Part shown: positions 15,482 through 28,935 of the stretch, piece by piece
How the letters are laid out: the number at the start of each line of letters is the position of its first letter
Numbering within the stretch: the first letter of the stretch is position 1
Source: Hormiphora californensis
Taxonomy: Eukaryota > Animalia > Ctenophora
Assembly: GCA_020137815.1 (NCBI GenBank)
Contig: CM035353.1
Coordinates: forward strand, 6,448,001 to 6,512,000
Length of the DNA: 64,000 nt
Direction of reading: 5' to 3'
Position numbers and translations under genes: made by a program
Notes under the pieces: model-generated
The model's database searches: none
What the model saw: the letters and a program-made list of their open reading frames with translations, nothing else
What the model was told of the DNA's origin: nothing

Positions 15482-15566
15482 TCAACAAATAATAATTATT
15501 ATTATTTGTTGATTTTTTGGTGAATGATAGTGATTATGCATGTTAACATGCATAATCACTATCATT
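15482..15566. repeat. Two adjacent perfect palindromes (31 bp and 44 bp)
   Basis: TCAACAAATAATAAT-t-ATTATTATTTGTTGA (15482-15512) and AATGATAGTGATTATGCATGTT|AACATGCATAATCACTATCATT (15523-15566). Confidence 0.9.
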
Positions 15567-16174
15567 TTCATAGTTCATTTTCATTGTCCGTAGCGTATAT
15601 TAAATAAATGTCCGAGGAATGAATCACACCACAATTCATAATAAGTACATATTTATTCCATCTGGCGTCTCGGCAAGTATCTCCCATCACTGCATGGTTA
15701 TCTCTCTCACTTGAGTCTTGATAAGGCCAGTAGCAGCTAGGACCAGTCTCCTCCACCTCTAAAGCAGTATCAGTTGTTATGTTGCTAGTATAACTTCTCC
15801 AATAAGCGAACGTCTCCCAACCTATCAGGGTGGGACAAGGGTAAGATTTCTGTCTCGTCGGTGCAGTCAGTTTCACAAGTACATTTTCACAAGTACATTT
15901 TAAATTTAATTTGATGTAGAATTCAATTTGAATTTCAAATAATATCCTACCGCGGAAGTGTCTGGTAATTCCTGATGAGGAGAAACAGAACTCCAGATCC
16001 AATTCGCCATCACCAACAGCTTTTGTAAGTAAACTCCATCAACTAGAAAACTGAAACATTTGTTGGTGATACGGGGGGAGGGGGGGGGGATCGTCTAGCC
16101 ACTAGCTAGTGGTATTTACAACCACATAGTCTGACAATTGACACTCATTAGGGTGTACAAAGTAACTAGACTAT

Positions 16175-16366
16175 CACGGTCGCTTGTAGTGGGAAAACGG
16201 TAATGGAAAACGGAGATACAGTAAGACGACGCGCAACCGTGGCCAATCAGGGCGCTATAGTACTATAAGTACGTGCTGAACACATGCACTTTTTGCCGCA
16301 CGTTATGCAACATGCGCGTCTCCTTACTGTATTTTCATTACGGTAATACGACTACAAGCAGCACTG
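16175..16366 (-). mobile_element. Second copy of the 9607-9787 MITE, TAT TSD
   Basis: TAT-CACGGTCGCTTGTAGT...ACTACAAGCAGCACTG-TAT. Confidence 0.75.
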
Positions 16367-16934
16367 TATCTCTCGATCATCACACCTCACAAACTACAAA
16401 CTCCTATTGAAATCAAACAATCAGAATACTTCCCTATTCGAGGTTGCTTTCTAGGAATTCCTGTGAGTAGTGTCTCACTGTCTGGTGTACATTGTGGGGT
16501 TGTCCGACTAGGCTGTTCCATGTTGAATTGAAAGGGGTTTACTTAGTCAGCGGAGAGTGTACAAGATTGTACAAGAGAGGGAGGTGTATAATATTGTACA
16601 AGAAAGGGATTACCTCGTCTCAGACTTTCATGATACAGGCACGGGTGTGGTATGGTTCAGGGTTCTTCAGACGATAAGGAACCGTGAGAAACCCTCCACA
16701 CTTACTAGGTGTGGAGGTTGGCGGTGGGTTTGTCACGGTTCCTTGGGTTTGGTCTGGAAGCACGATTCATGATATCAAATGTAGTTAATTCTTTGTGTCG
16801 TATATATATAATTAAGCATGTCGAAATTTTTCAGGAAGATCCCCACGGAGGAGCAATATCCAAATTCGAGAGCCACCAGCGCCCTGTATTGAGAGTAATC
16901 CAGCCTGGACACTACCGAGATTTTTATGAAAGCT

Positions 16935-18180
16935 CGACTCTAACCCTCTCGTATAATTACAGAAAACATGGCAAGGTGGAAAAGCGATCAAGAGCTAGAG
17001 GAATTACTGGAGTCTGTATATCACAGAAACTAGAAAAATGATGAGATACTCAAAGTTATCAACCACTCTTTCCCGGAGTACGACTGAGAGGCAAACACCT
17101 GAAGCCGGCAGGGATCCCAGTGACGGAAAGTTGAGTAACATGTCTATCCCCCTATCTTGTCGATAAAAAAGCGAAGATGAAATTTTCCGACGAAAGAAGG
17201 CTCAAGTTGAAGGCTGGATGTGTCCAGACCTACGGACGGGAAGGAGTGAAGAGGACTTGATAAGGGCGTTGAAAGAGAAGGAAAACGAGATAGAAAGGAT
17301 TGCGGTGATATGGACGGTGGAGCATCCGGGAGAAATCATGTACAGATATCAACAGGCACCGATATCAAATGATATATAAAAACAACTTACTTAATTAATT
17401 GATTATTTAGTTATCTAACTAAAATTATCTTATTTTTCTTCGCCCATTGAAACGCTATTATATTTGAAGTGGTCTCGGAAGGGCACCAACCTGATTGGTG
17501 AACTGGAGAGCGCCTGCCGTCTGGCTGCAGCTGATATCTGCATTGGCATGGAATTCAGTTGAACCAATGCCAGACTGTTTCCGGAGGAACGGGGCGAAAT
17601 ATCACCAGAAATGTTAAATGGCTGTTTATCAAGCTTCCTGGATGTTCTCAATGTTCAAAATCAGGAAAATAGGAATAATTAACATGACGGGTAAATAAAA
17701 TAGTGAGGATCCCTAGTTACTCGGTATGCAGTATGCACTATGCAGTCGATAACACTCGTCCCATATAAGAGCAACTTCGAATGGAAGTAGTGGAAGAAAC
17801 TATGAATCTGAACAAAAATTAAGAATATCGATACACACCTGCCCCTTATAGTCAACGATGGACAAGAAAAAGAAGATCGTCATCGACAAGACAACATGTC
17901 AAAATTGTGGGGACGCAATGCCGTGCGAGAAGGATCGATGTGATGCTCTCCGCTACGAAGAGAGCACACATGTGGGCCTAGTACCAAGGGGAAGAGCCCC
18001 TCCGACCCAGAAAATCTTGATGAGGTCCAACTCAAATGTATCATCACCGGCAGGAGGTCACCACGATTTCTTCGTTCCAATCACCCCAGCAGCGGAGCCC
18101 ACCATACAGTTCGCGTCGGAAGACGAGTATAACCTGTTAAAAATGGACAGCACCCCAGCATCGTGGGCCCCGAGTCCTGA
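16935..18180 (+). repeat. Dispersed duplication, paralogous to ~23285-24250
   Basis: Long near-identical stretches, including the ORF start MDKKKKIVIDKTTCQNCGD at 17858 and 23860, with block indels between the copies. Confidence 0.85.
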
Positions 18181-18279
18181 GCATTGTACAAAAGTAGGGA
18201 CTGTTGTTAACCACTTAATGAACGAAGGAGGGGACGAAAACTTCAACGCGGCGGAAACTGAAGCACGACTAATCAACAG

Positions 18280-18560
18280 TTTTGAGCTCGGAGAGCTAGA
18301 AACGAGACTGGGTGTGGACGTGGGAAAGGGTTCGCTGAAAGTTACTCTATCGCTGTTTGATGAATGGGCTACAAGTTCCACTATCGGGAAGTCTAGGGTA
18401 ACGAGGGCGACTGGAATATCGGAGCGGAACATGAGCCTAACCGGGGGCAGAAAAGTCCTCTTGTTGGCGTGCTCTCCCCGAGAGAACTATCACAACATTA
18501 AGACCATATTCAGCGAGTTGGGTGAGCTTTCTTTTATGCTAACTGGGGATCTTAAAGTGT
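18280..18560 (+). pseudogene. Transib/Chapaev-type (RAG1-related) transposase fragment, first and second catalytic Asp regions; duplicated at ~21300-21585
   Basis: LETRLGVDVGKGSLKVTLSL...KVLLLACSPRENYHNIKTIFSELGELSFMLTGDLK. Recognised by motif recall only. Confidence 0.5.
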
Positions 18561-19640
18561 TTTTAAAGTGTTTCAATAGCAGGAAACCTAGAGCTCACGT
18601 CCGTTGTGTTTGTTCGAGGGGTACATGGAGGCTATTATGAACAGCCCGTGTAGGACTAGAACGAATGTTGAATGTGATTGTACAATATGTGAAATAGCAA
18701 CTAAAGACTCATTGGATCATTAAACAATGGTCCTCGACTTGCAGCGATTCGTTAGAGAAATTAGTTGAGATACTGCAATGTACAAAATTAGGGACTGTTG
18801 TTAACCACTTAATGAACGAAGGAGGGGACGAAACATCAACACGGCGGAAACCGAACCACGACTAATCAACAGTTTTGTGCTCGGAGAGAAAGAAACGAGA
18901 CTCGCTGTCAAGAGAACTAGAAGAAAAGCAGCTTATTCGAGTACTTCAGACCCACATTAATCTCTATGATGACCGGAGCTTCGCTACACAAGAGCAAAGC
19001 CCAGCGATGTATATTCGTGAGAGGACCAGTATTCAAAAACGAACAAGTTCCCAACGAGCTCACCTACATCCCAAGGTAAAGACACACAAACCCAAATTGT
19101 AATCCTCCAACTAACAACCAAACATGAGATCAAGGACACAGATCACAAGCCAAACCTCCCCCTAACCTAATCCCCGACCCCCCATCCAGATTGGAAACAG
19201 AATGCGACTTTCTGACAGTCACGATCACCAAAAGCCTGCCAATGGACCTGTTGAAAGACAAGGGAGAGATTGACATGATAATACAAGGTATCGTACGAGA
19301 CAAGATTACCGGTGAGAACACTAAATGCACAGCGTTCATCCCCCCCCCCCCCCCCCGGGAGGACAAAACCCGCATCCCAGAATATACGGAAGCAGCAATC
19401 GACCATCAAGGACCTAGACCCGAAGTGGATCGACCAGATAATCTACCATTACTCCTGGTCATGTAAGGTAAGAAACCAGCTTCAGTCTAAACCCAAGGGG
19501 GTAGACAAAATCTGGGAGAACCAGCCACTGTCTAGGATCTAAGACCTAAGAGTACTTTAATTGTAGATAGTACATGGTACTGGACTCCAGAAGGGACTTG
19601 GGAGAAGTTACAACCATGAGAAAGATCTACCTAGTCAATT

Positions 19641-19756
19641 AGGAAGATCTGCCTTCCACCTAGTCCTATTAGGAAGATCTACCTTCCACCTAGTCAATTA
19701 AGAAGATCTACCTTCCACCTAGTCCTATAAGGAAGATCTACCTTCCACCTAGTCCC
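19641..19756 (+). repeat. 29-30-bp minisatellite, 4 copies
   Basis: AGGAAGATCTACCTTCCACCTAGTC(C/A)(T)ATT repeated. Confidence 0.85.
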
Positions 19757-20409
19757 TAGTTGTAGTAGGAAGTTTCACCTTCCGCCTAACACATAACAAC
19801 CCCTAGCAAGATTGGACCTGAGGATCCTGGTTTTAGGACACCCTGGAGAGTAGAGGGTTGGAGTGGATAGCTGGCCGGCACCTGGCGAGAGAGGCACATC
19901 CTCCCTTCTCACCCCTCCCCTGGCTTTGTAGACAATTTGGGCAGACAGGACTATTCCCCCCTTTTTATATTATTGCATCATTGTGTGTATAATCTTTTTA
20001 ATGTTTGTTATTTTTTCAGGTTGTGTCCCGGATCTTATTTATGTCTGGGCACATGGTGTATGGTATGTGTAGCGAGTTTTGTAGTGCACAGTTCGTTTGT
20101 GTGTAGTGCGAGAGTGTAGGAGAAGCAAGTGTGGCTTAGTGACATTTTATATTGCCCTGTTCCATCCTGTGATTCTAAATTGCGTTCATTGAGGACGGCC
20201 GATCGGCATATGACAGACCAGCACGCGGATAGTACGATTAGAATACCGTGTCCTGAATCCTGATTGCAATAGAATATATAAACCTGTAATGTTTATTATA
20301 GGCACCGATGTCAAATGATATAATATGTAAAAACAACTTATACTTACTTAAATAATTGATTATTTAGTTTAACTAAAATTATCTTATTTTTCTTTGTCCA
20401 TTTTAACGC

Positions 20410-21124
20410 TATTTGAAGTGGTCCAGAAACCACCAAACTTCAGGCCAAAAACCTGAATGTGGGCTTTGCGGGGGATCTGGTAAAGAAAACCATCAGTGAC
20501 CTGAATGAGATACAGTTAGAGGAATTTGTGGAAACTAGGAGGAGGGGCAGAACCCCAGCACATCTGGACGAGTTCGAAATGGAAGGAACTCTTGGAGAGA
20601 GGATTAGTCCTCAAGACATTGCAAGTGAGGTGTTACCTATTATAGTCGAGTGTATTAAGGCAATATTAGGAAATCTAGGAGACTTTAAGTGGGTATCTTT
20701 GTTGGACAAACATTGTAAAGAGAGCTGTGCCACCTTGTTGAAAGACTCCCCATATGAGAGATTTTTTGATGTGAATCAGTTGGAGAGAGACCTGGCAATA
20801 TTTAGGAAAGGCACAGAGGATGATTATATCCATCCGACCTCCTCGTTCTGTGTAAAGAGCTGCACGCCTACTCGCTAGGGGAAGCACTTCCAGAGTTGCA
20901 ACGGCTAGTTACTCTTGCTGACCTCAGCAAGCTGCGAGAGATCCTTTAGCGTGTTCCGGAATTTGAAATCAAGATTGCGGTCAACAATGGGAGAAAAACG
21001 GCTGAGTAACCTGGCAATTATTGGGTCAGAGAAAGACGTATCATCACGTCTAGACTTAGAAAAACTGACTGACAAGTTTGTTAATGGGAAAAATAGGAGA
21101 ATCAATCTTAAATATGTTCATTAA
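20410..21124 (+). pseudogene. hAT transposase C-terminal remnant with dimerisation domain
   Basis: KLQAKNLNVGFAGDLVKKTISDL... then, after a frameshift, TSASCERSFSVFRNLKSRLRSTMGEKRLSNLAII (Dimer_Tnp_hAT signature). Confidence 0.8.
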
Positions 21125-24100
21125 TCTCGTTTTAACCTTCATTCATTTCTAATTAAGCTGTTCTTATTGGGGCTCTGCTAACTAATCAAAACCTTCTCAC
21201 ATTGTTAAAAAATGTTAATTTCAGTAAAATTAATGAACGAAGGAGGGGGGGACGAAAACTTCAACGCGGCGGAAACCGAGGCACGACTAATCATATCAGG
21301 TTTGAGCTCGGAGAGCTAGAAACGAGACTGGGTGTGGACGAGGGAAAGGATTCGCTGAAAGTTACTCTATCGCTGTTTGATGAATGGGCTACAAGTTCCA
21401 CTAGCGGGAAGCCGGGAAGTCTAGGGTAACAAGGGCGACTGGAATATCGGAGCGGAACATGAGCCTAACCGGGGGCAGAAAAGTCCTATTGTTGGCGTGC
21501 TCTCCCCGAGAGAACTATCACAACATTAAGACCATATTCAGCGAGTTGGGTGAGCTTTCTTTTATGGTAACTGGGGATCTTAAATTGTTTTTTAAAGTGT
21601 TTCAATAGCAGGAAACCTAGAGCTCACGTCCGTTGTGGTTGTTCGAGGGGAACATGGAGGCTATTATGAACAGCCCGTGCAGGACTAGAAAGAATGTTGA
21701 ATGTGATTGTACAATACGTGAAATAGCAAGACTTATTGGATCATTAAACAATGGTCCCTCGACTTGCAGCGATTCGTTAGAGAAATTAGTTGAGATACTG
21801 TAATGTACAAAAGTAGGGACTGTTGTTTTAACCACTTAATGAATGAAGGAGGGGACGAAAACTTCAACGCGTCGGAAACCGAAGCACGACTAATCAACAG
21901 TTTTGTGCTCGGAGAGAAAGAAACGAGACTCGCTGTCAAGAGAAGAAAAGCATGGCTTATTCGAGTACTTCAGTCCCACATTGATGAAGAGTGCACCAAG
22001 CTTAAAGCTGTTGTTGCGGCCAATCTTATTTCGGAGGATGTTTTGGAATTGCTCAATGAAAATGTAATTTTGCCATTTATAACTGTCCTAATGAAGTCTA
22101 ATTTCCTTATTTATCTAACCTACATCTTTTCTAGATGGTAACATTTTGAAGGTTGGGTCATTCAAATTTGAAAGAACTCTTGAATCAACTACTGTCATAG
22201 CTGACGAATTAGGGGTGGATGAGAATGGGGAGGTCAGGGCTAGGGGAAATGATGATGGAACGTTAGGTTTGGTGTCAAAAGGCAGCCATCGACGGTGAAA
22301 GACCTTCTCTCTGTCGTACCACTCTATATGTTGTTGAGAAGTGGTGATTTCGTTTGGAAACTGTCATACCATGAAGAGTCGGGGGTCATTCAATGGAGTG
22401 AGACAAACAGGCTACGTTAGCCCAGGTGGCGGGAAGTCTACAACAGGCAACGTAACGTGGAGTTTTCTCTCTGACTCCGGCGTCAGATCCACTCTCCGAA
22501 GAATGATCAATTATGACACTCGTTCTGATCAACTTTTCGAGTTGTTTGATAGGATGACGGTGATACTGCGAGTTATCAACAGCAAGTTGCGTTGGATAAA
22601 TTTAAATAATGTATTATAACGATTATTAAAGCCGTCTGAAGAAACTTGAAAAACTGGATTAGATCTCCCAAACCTGTTTCCTAATTCTCTTCAACTCGGA
22701 TCACCTCTTCTCCCTTCCCGTGGATCACCTCCCCCATCCCCTCCTCTCGGATCGCATCTTCCTTCTCGGATCTCATCCCTTCCTCTCTCCTCCCCTCCCC
22801 GGATCCCATATCCTCTTCTCCACTACATAAACACTTTCATTTTCATTGTTGTTATAGCTGAAGACGTCTGACATAGATCAGTCGAAAGCTCCTGTTGAAT
22901 ATTAGTACTGCAAAATCGTTGTTTCTCTTTAACTGGATTAGTCGGCAGAAGTACGAAAGGCCTACCCGCTACTCCAATTATAACCCTGGCCTGGCCGCCA
23001 ATTTGCACGTGGAAATGGCCATCATCGTCATACCACTCATTTCTACTTTACAATATAAGAATAGAAGCCCGTGAATTTCGGCACCTCGACTCTAACCCTC
23101 TCGTCTCTACCCCCGGCCCAAGTAACCAGGCCCCTCTAAACGTGCCTCCCTTCAACGAACAGTTTTCCCAACAGATGATGGTCTTCATGCAGCAACAAAT
23201 GCATGCCTTCATGCAATGGGGACCCCGCTTCCAACACCCTGCTCAAATAAGGTACAAGAATAGAAGCCCGTGAATTTCGGCACCTCGACTCTAACCCTCT
23301 CGTATCATTACAGAAAACATGGCAAGGTGGAAAAGCGATCGAGAGCTAGAGGAATTACTGGAGTCTTTATATCAAAGAAACTGGAAAAATGATGAGACAC
23401 TCAAAGTTATCAACCACTCTTTCTCGGAGTATTACTGAGAGGCAAACACCTGAAGCCGGCAGGGACCCCAGTGAAGGAAAGTTGAGTAACATGTCTATAT
23501 CCCCATCTTGTCGATAAAAAAGCGAAGATGAAATTTTCCGACGAAAGAAGGCTCAAGTTAAATGGCTGTGTACCGCGAAGATTGTTCGCCTATCTCTTCG
23601 TGTCCGTGTTCAACAAGTCATCAACATGGGATGGAACACAATTGGCGAAATATCACCAGAAATGTAAAATGGATGTTTATCAAGCTTCCTGGATGTTCTC
23701 AATGTTCGAAATCAGGAAAATATGAATAATTAACATGACGAGTAAATAAAATAGTGAGGATCAGTATGCAGTCGAATTAGTGGTCGAAGTAGTGGAAGAA
23801 ACTATGAATCTGAATAAAAATTAAGAATATCGATACACACCTGCCCCTTATAGTCAACGATGGACAAGAAAAAGAAGATCGTCATCGACAAGACAACATG
23901 TCAAAATTGTGGGGACGTAATGCCGTGCGAGAAGGACCAATGTGATGCTCTCCGCTACGAAGAGAGCACCCATGTGGGAATTAAAGAGAAACAACGATTT
24001 TGCAGTACTAATATTCAATTAAGAATTAAGAGGATATGGGATCCTCGTGGGCCTAGTACCAAGGGGAAGAGCCTCTCCGACCCAGAAGATCTCGATGAGG

Positions 24101-24794
24101 TCCAACTGTATCATCACCGGCAGGAGGTCACCACGATTTCTTCGTTCCAATCACCCCAGCAGCGGACCCACCATACAGGTCGCATCGGAAGACGAGTATG
24201 ACCTGTTAAAAATGGACAGCACCCCAGCATCGTGGGCCCCGAGTCCTGATGCGAAGGTAAAGACTCCAAACCCAGGGGCCATGAGTCCCGAAGTGAAGAG
24301 TAGGAGGTGGAGCTCGGTGAGAACCCCTGAATTTGCTTCTCAGGACATCAGGCTGCAATCCCAAGTTGTGGTTCCCAAACCCACGAAGGAGCAGCTAGAG
24401 ATGAAGAGAGAGGCAAAGGCAAAATCGAAGAAGGCAGACGACGCACGTGGATTTCCTAAGATCAGAGTATGAGCGTGGAGTAGCAGAGGGAAAGCCTGCC
24501 AGCCTCCCAGCTTCAAGAAGAACAACCGGGCCTCCGAGTCCGAGTGGAGGTGTGCGAGATCGAGCTGCCACTCCCTGAATTGGGAAAGAAGGGAGACCTG
24601 CCGGAGCTGTGGAGACCGGCGAATCCAAAGGAAACTCTCTATACAATCGGACAGATTTGGGCCCTCCAAGTCAGAGGAGAAGAGATGGAAAATCACCCGC
24701 TCTCACATAACAAAGTCCCTTGAAGACCAGGATGAACTCTAATTTCCTTATTTATCTAACCTACATCTCCCATTTTCTAGGTGTTCCATGAAAA

Positions 24795-25460
24795 TATGAC
24801 CGCACCTACGCGACGTCTGGCTGCCATGACGAATCTACCACGGAGGACAGTTGAACGGGTGGTCAGTAAACGGTCAGTAAACGCTGACACCGAAAAGGCG
24901 GCCCGGGAAGAAAGCTTTCGAATGCCCATGCTGGGTGAAAACGCAAATTGACTGCATAACTACAGGTAAAATATATTTCAAACAGAGGACGATAATTCAG
25001 ATTTCAAAATACTTATATATATATATGTATAAGCAGTAGAGATCTGCATTAGTTACGTGGATTTTTTAAATGTGGTATATCGCTGAACTTATTCTTTGTC
25101 AGTGATACATTACTATTAACTAGTCGATGCAATTCGGCCTGCAATTCGGTCTATAGATACATTGGGAATCGTCTACTGTTAAAGCTGGTGGCCGGTCAGG
25201 AACCCCTTATGCTGACAGGGAGAGACCTAAAACCATACCTGGCAACTCCCCTGTACTCCGAAGTGCCATGCCATACACATAATACAGGTATCATATAATA
25301 CATATACATTGATTTCTGCTGATAATCATAATACTGATTTGTTTACATCGCACAATGCGATGAATTACTTCGAGACATCGCGAAGTTAGAGGCAGAGGGA
25401 TACGAACTAGTTTTTGCAGACGAGAGTTGGTGCAGTGCTAACCATTGCAAGTCAAAAACA
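24795..25460 (+). pseudogene. IS630-Tc1-mariner-type transposase fragment; duplicated at ~26790-27385
   Basis: HTH-like RLAAMTNLPRRTVER and LLRDIAKLEAEGYELVFADESWC (first catalytic D, 'I...R..G..+++.DE.W' pattern). Confidence 0.5.
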
Positions 25461-25619
25461 TGGCAGGAATCATTACACCAACATATGGCAGGTCGGGATG
25501 TTTGTGGCGCATGGAGGGAGGGAGGAGGGACAAGGCAACATCTACCCTGGAGTATTCGATTCATCAGTGGGGGCAAGTGGGAGGAGACAAAGCTGGAGCG
25601 AGTGTTTATTGAACTGGCC

Positions 25620-25822
25620 CATGCCCTGAAGCATGGCTGCCCTGAAAACTGTCAGCTAATCGTTGACTGCTTGATCCAATTTAAGTATGTCGTGGATTCT
25701 TGCTTCCGATTCACGGTTCTTCCAGACTATGAAGACAGGATCCAAAATTCAGGGAGCTGCAGCGTGTCATCCATGTCAGAGACTCCAAAACTACATATAA
25801 TTTTCACCCACGTTAAGGAGTA
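25620..25822 (+). pseudogene. Transib/Chapaev-type transposase C-terminal fragment; related copy at ~39550-39700
   Basis: FKYVVDSCF...LPDYEDRIQN and ETPKLHIIFTHVKEY (TPK.H....HV motif). Confidence 0.5.
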
Positions 25823-26760
25823 CCGTAATCTGGGGTAACTTTGTTTTGCAGGGTAACTTTGGACACTTTCAAAATTTGGCTTTAGTCCAAAATTACCAAC
25901 AGATAACGACATATTTGGCATAATTTTTGGGTGTACAAGTAATTGACCCACAAATGTCTAACTAACGGTACAATTATTTTTTTCAATTCTATGCTAATTG
26001 GCTCCTAATTGGGGGCAAACATAATTGATCTCAAAATCGCTAAAAATCTTCAAATCAAAATGGGTACCATAGATTTGACCGGGCTAATGACCGAATCAAG
26101 TTTGCTCCATAGAGTGGAAGGGTTTCGATCAAATAATTCGGGGCACCATTTTTCAAACCCGATCAATTACTTTAATTGAGACTAATAGGGGTGGCTAATG
26201 TTACCCCACCGTTTTTTGAATTTTGGGGTAACTTTGGACGGGGTGCCAAAGTTACCCCACACTATAGGTTTTGAACTTTTGATGTCTGTAGAGTTGCCTT
26301 AGACCCTCTCTGAATTGTTTAGGGCTGATATAACCAAGATTCAGCCCACTCCACGCCCATTTCCATCTATATATTCGATAGGTTAGTGAAAACAACTAGG
26401 ATTTGGACTATTTTATGGAGCTAAATCACAGAAATCGGGCCTGAAACCCATCAAACTTCAATAATTTGGGGTTCCTTATCCATCCTGTAGCTTGTTAGAT
26501 GGTATTGGATCTCTAGGCGAGTGTTTTAGTTCTTGTAGACAATCTATGCAGGAGCACAGGTACCAAAACTCCTTTATTTAGCCAGTACCCATAAGTAGAC
26601 CACTTCCTGTCTATCCAATTCAGCAAAAAGAACTAACACACTCGCCTAGAGGTTCGATACCATCTACCAAACTACAGGGTGGATGAGGGACCCCAAATTA
26701 TTGAAGTTTGATGGGTTTCAGGCCGGATGTGGCAACCTCTAAATCAAGTCCGATTGAGCT
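25821..26760 (+). mobile_element. Truncated pogo/mariner-like non-autonomous element
   Basis: Starts TACCGTAATCTGGGGTAACTTTG with repeated GGGTAACTTTG motifs. Internal inverted repeat ~26438-26525 / 26638-26724. No matching right end found. Confidence 0.45.
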
Positions 26761-28638
26761 GAATTATTGGTGGTGTTTCATATTCCCCAACTGGCTGCCA
26801 TGACAAATCTGCCCCGGAGGACGGTTGAACGGGCGGTCAGCAAACGTCACAAGCTGACACCGAAAAGGCGGCCCGGGAAGAAAGCTTTCGAATGCCCGGG
26901 CTGGGTGAAAACGCAAATTGACTGCATAATTACAGGTAAAATATATTTCAAACAGAGGATGATAATTCAGATTTCAGAATACTTTAAATATATAAGCAGT
27001 AAAGATCTGCATTAGTTAAGTGGATTTTTTAAATGTGGTATATCGCTGAACTTATTCTTTGTTAGTGATACATTACTATTAACAAGTAGTCAATGCAATT
27101 CGGCCTACAATTCGGTCTATAGATACATTGGGAATAGTGTACTGATAAAGCTGGTGGCCGGTCAGGAACCCCTATATGCTGACAGGAAGAGACCTAACAC
27201 CATACCTGGCAAATCCCCTGTATTCCGATACATTGATTTCTGCCGATAATCATAATACTGATTTGTTCACAGAGATGCAATGAATTACTTCGAGACATCG
27301 CGAAGTTAGAGGCAGAGGGGTACGAACTAGTTTTTGCAGACGAGAGTTGGTGCAATGCTAACTATTGCAAAATGCAAGTCAAAAACCATCAACATGACCT
27401 AACTATTCAACCTAATGTCTTAATCTATCTTTTCAAGAATCATTACACCAACAAATTTACCTACCTCACACAATGGAATTGTGTAAATTATATAGATTTA
27501 ATATTAATCATGTGTTAATACCTACCTCGTCTTAAGTGCTGTCTCAGAAGATACACGGCTGACGAGGTGGAAATCCTGTTTCCGGAGTTCTGAACTACTA
27601 TACGTTGCGTATCAATGGGTTTACAGGATTCTTGGATGTATCCCCTGCATGTGGTAAGATTACCTAATTTATCCTAGTCTATCCTAATTTCCTATAAAAC
27701 TTCTGGACGTTCTTTTTTTTTCATCGATAAATCATTAATTCATCCTCACCATGTTATTCCACCTTCCAGCCTGTTTCTAACAAATTCCTCCCTTCAGTCC
27801 CCAGCCTCATATTAATTTGAATACCCAATTTGTAGTCCTAATTTCTAACATGATTCTCTTCCTTAGGGTCGGTAACGGACCAACCACCTATCAACCCTAC
27901 TGAATTCTTTGGTGGAGATCTATGGAGCCTCCAACAAGTGATGAGCACCCCCGTGATATTGATATTGGGAGTACAGAGACTCCCAGAGATGGAGAAAAAA
28001 ATACTAGATGGATCATACTAATAGTTTTAGTAGGGTTAGTGCTAGGGCCCTGCTAGGGGTTACAGTTGTAATCCTAATTTCTAACATGATTCTCTTCCTT
28101 AGAATCAAGCAATCCTAATGCGGAAGAACCTACTGGACCACCATCCCCTGTAACTATCGCCATCGGTGGTAACTTTTGGATTTCGGATAGTCCTGATGAG
28201 GAAATGAGACGCGAATTGCCTGATGAGAATGAAATTGAAAATGAACATTCGGTGAATAGTGGGTTGGTAGTTCCAGTGTAAGCCATGCGATCAGGCAATA
28301 TATAAGCACCTGGATAATTATAGGCCTCATGAATCAGGGACCATTAGGGATCCTCCAGCAGTGCCTGAAATTCAGAGCACTACTGCTCACTGGCACAGGA
28401 ACAAAGGAAAGTAAGGGTCGCATGACAGCCTACCAGAGTATCGCTACAGTTGAGAATACTGAGGTTAAAAGGGTGAAAAACCTTTGGAAAAATACCAAGT
28501 CACGAATGACCAAGATGAACAGGTAGTTAGAATTAGAGGCGAGAGATGCTTCATTTTTTATAGGTACCGATAAGAATTAATTTGTTCAAACTTGGAAAGG
28601 TATATGTTACCTTTGCTCTCAATTTCCGGGTTCAAGAT

Positions 28639-28935
28639 AGTAACTCTGTTACACATGGCAACCCCGCCAGTAACTCAGTTACAAATGGCAACCCCGCCAG
28701 TAACTCTGTTACACATGGCAACCCCGCCAGTAACTCTGTTACACATGGCAACCCCGCCAGTAACTCTGTTACACATGGCAACCCCGCCAGTAACTCTGTT
28801 ACACATGGCAACCCCGCCAGTAACTCTGTTACACATGGCAACCCTGCCAGTAACTCTGTTACACATGGCAACCCCGCCAGTAACTCTGTTACACATGGCA
28901 ACCCCGCCAGTAACTCTGTTACATATGGCAACCCC
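28639..28935 (+). repeat. 30-bp minisatellite, ~10 copies
   Basis: AGTAACTCTGTTACACATGGCAACCCCGCC, nearly perfect, no spacers. Confidence 0.95.

Noticed and set aside
15568-16002. 144-aa minus-strand ORF faintly resembling a LINE AP-endonuclease
   Set aside because: Catalytic motifs are not convincingly present and no reverse transcriptase lies nearby.
17858-18640. 260-aa ORF as a functional gene
   Set aside because: It is a chimera of blocks found separately, with stops and frameshifts, at 21.2-21.7 kb and 23.9-24.3 kb.
19560-20290. Possible LTR, also ~16.4-16.8 kb
   Set aside because: No paired LTR, TSD, PBS or gag/pol motifs that I can verify.
28639-28935. CRISPR-like 30-bp repeats
   Set aside because: The repeats abut with no spacers, the context is eukaryotic, and there are no cas genes.
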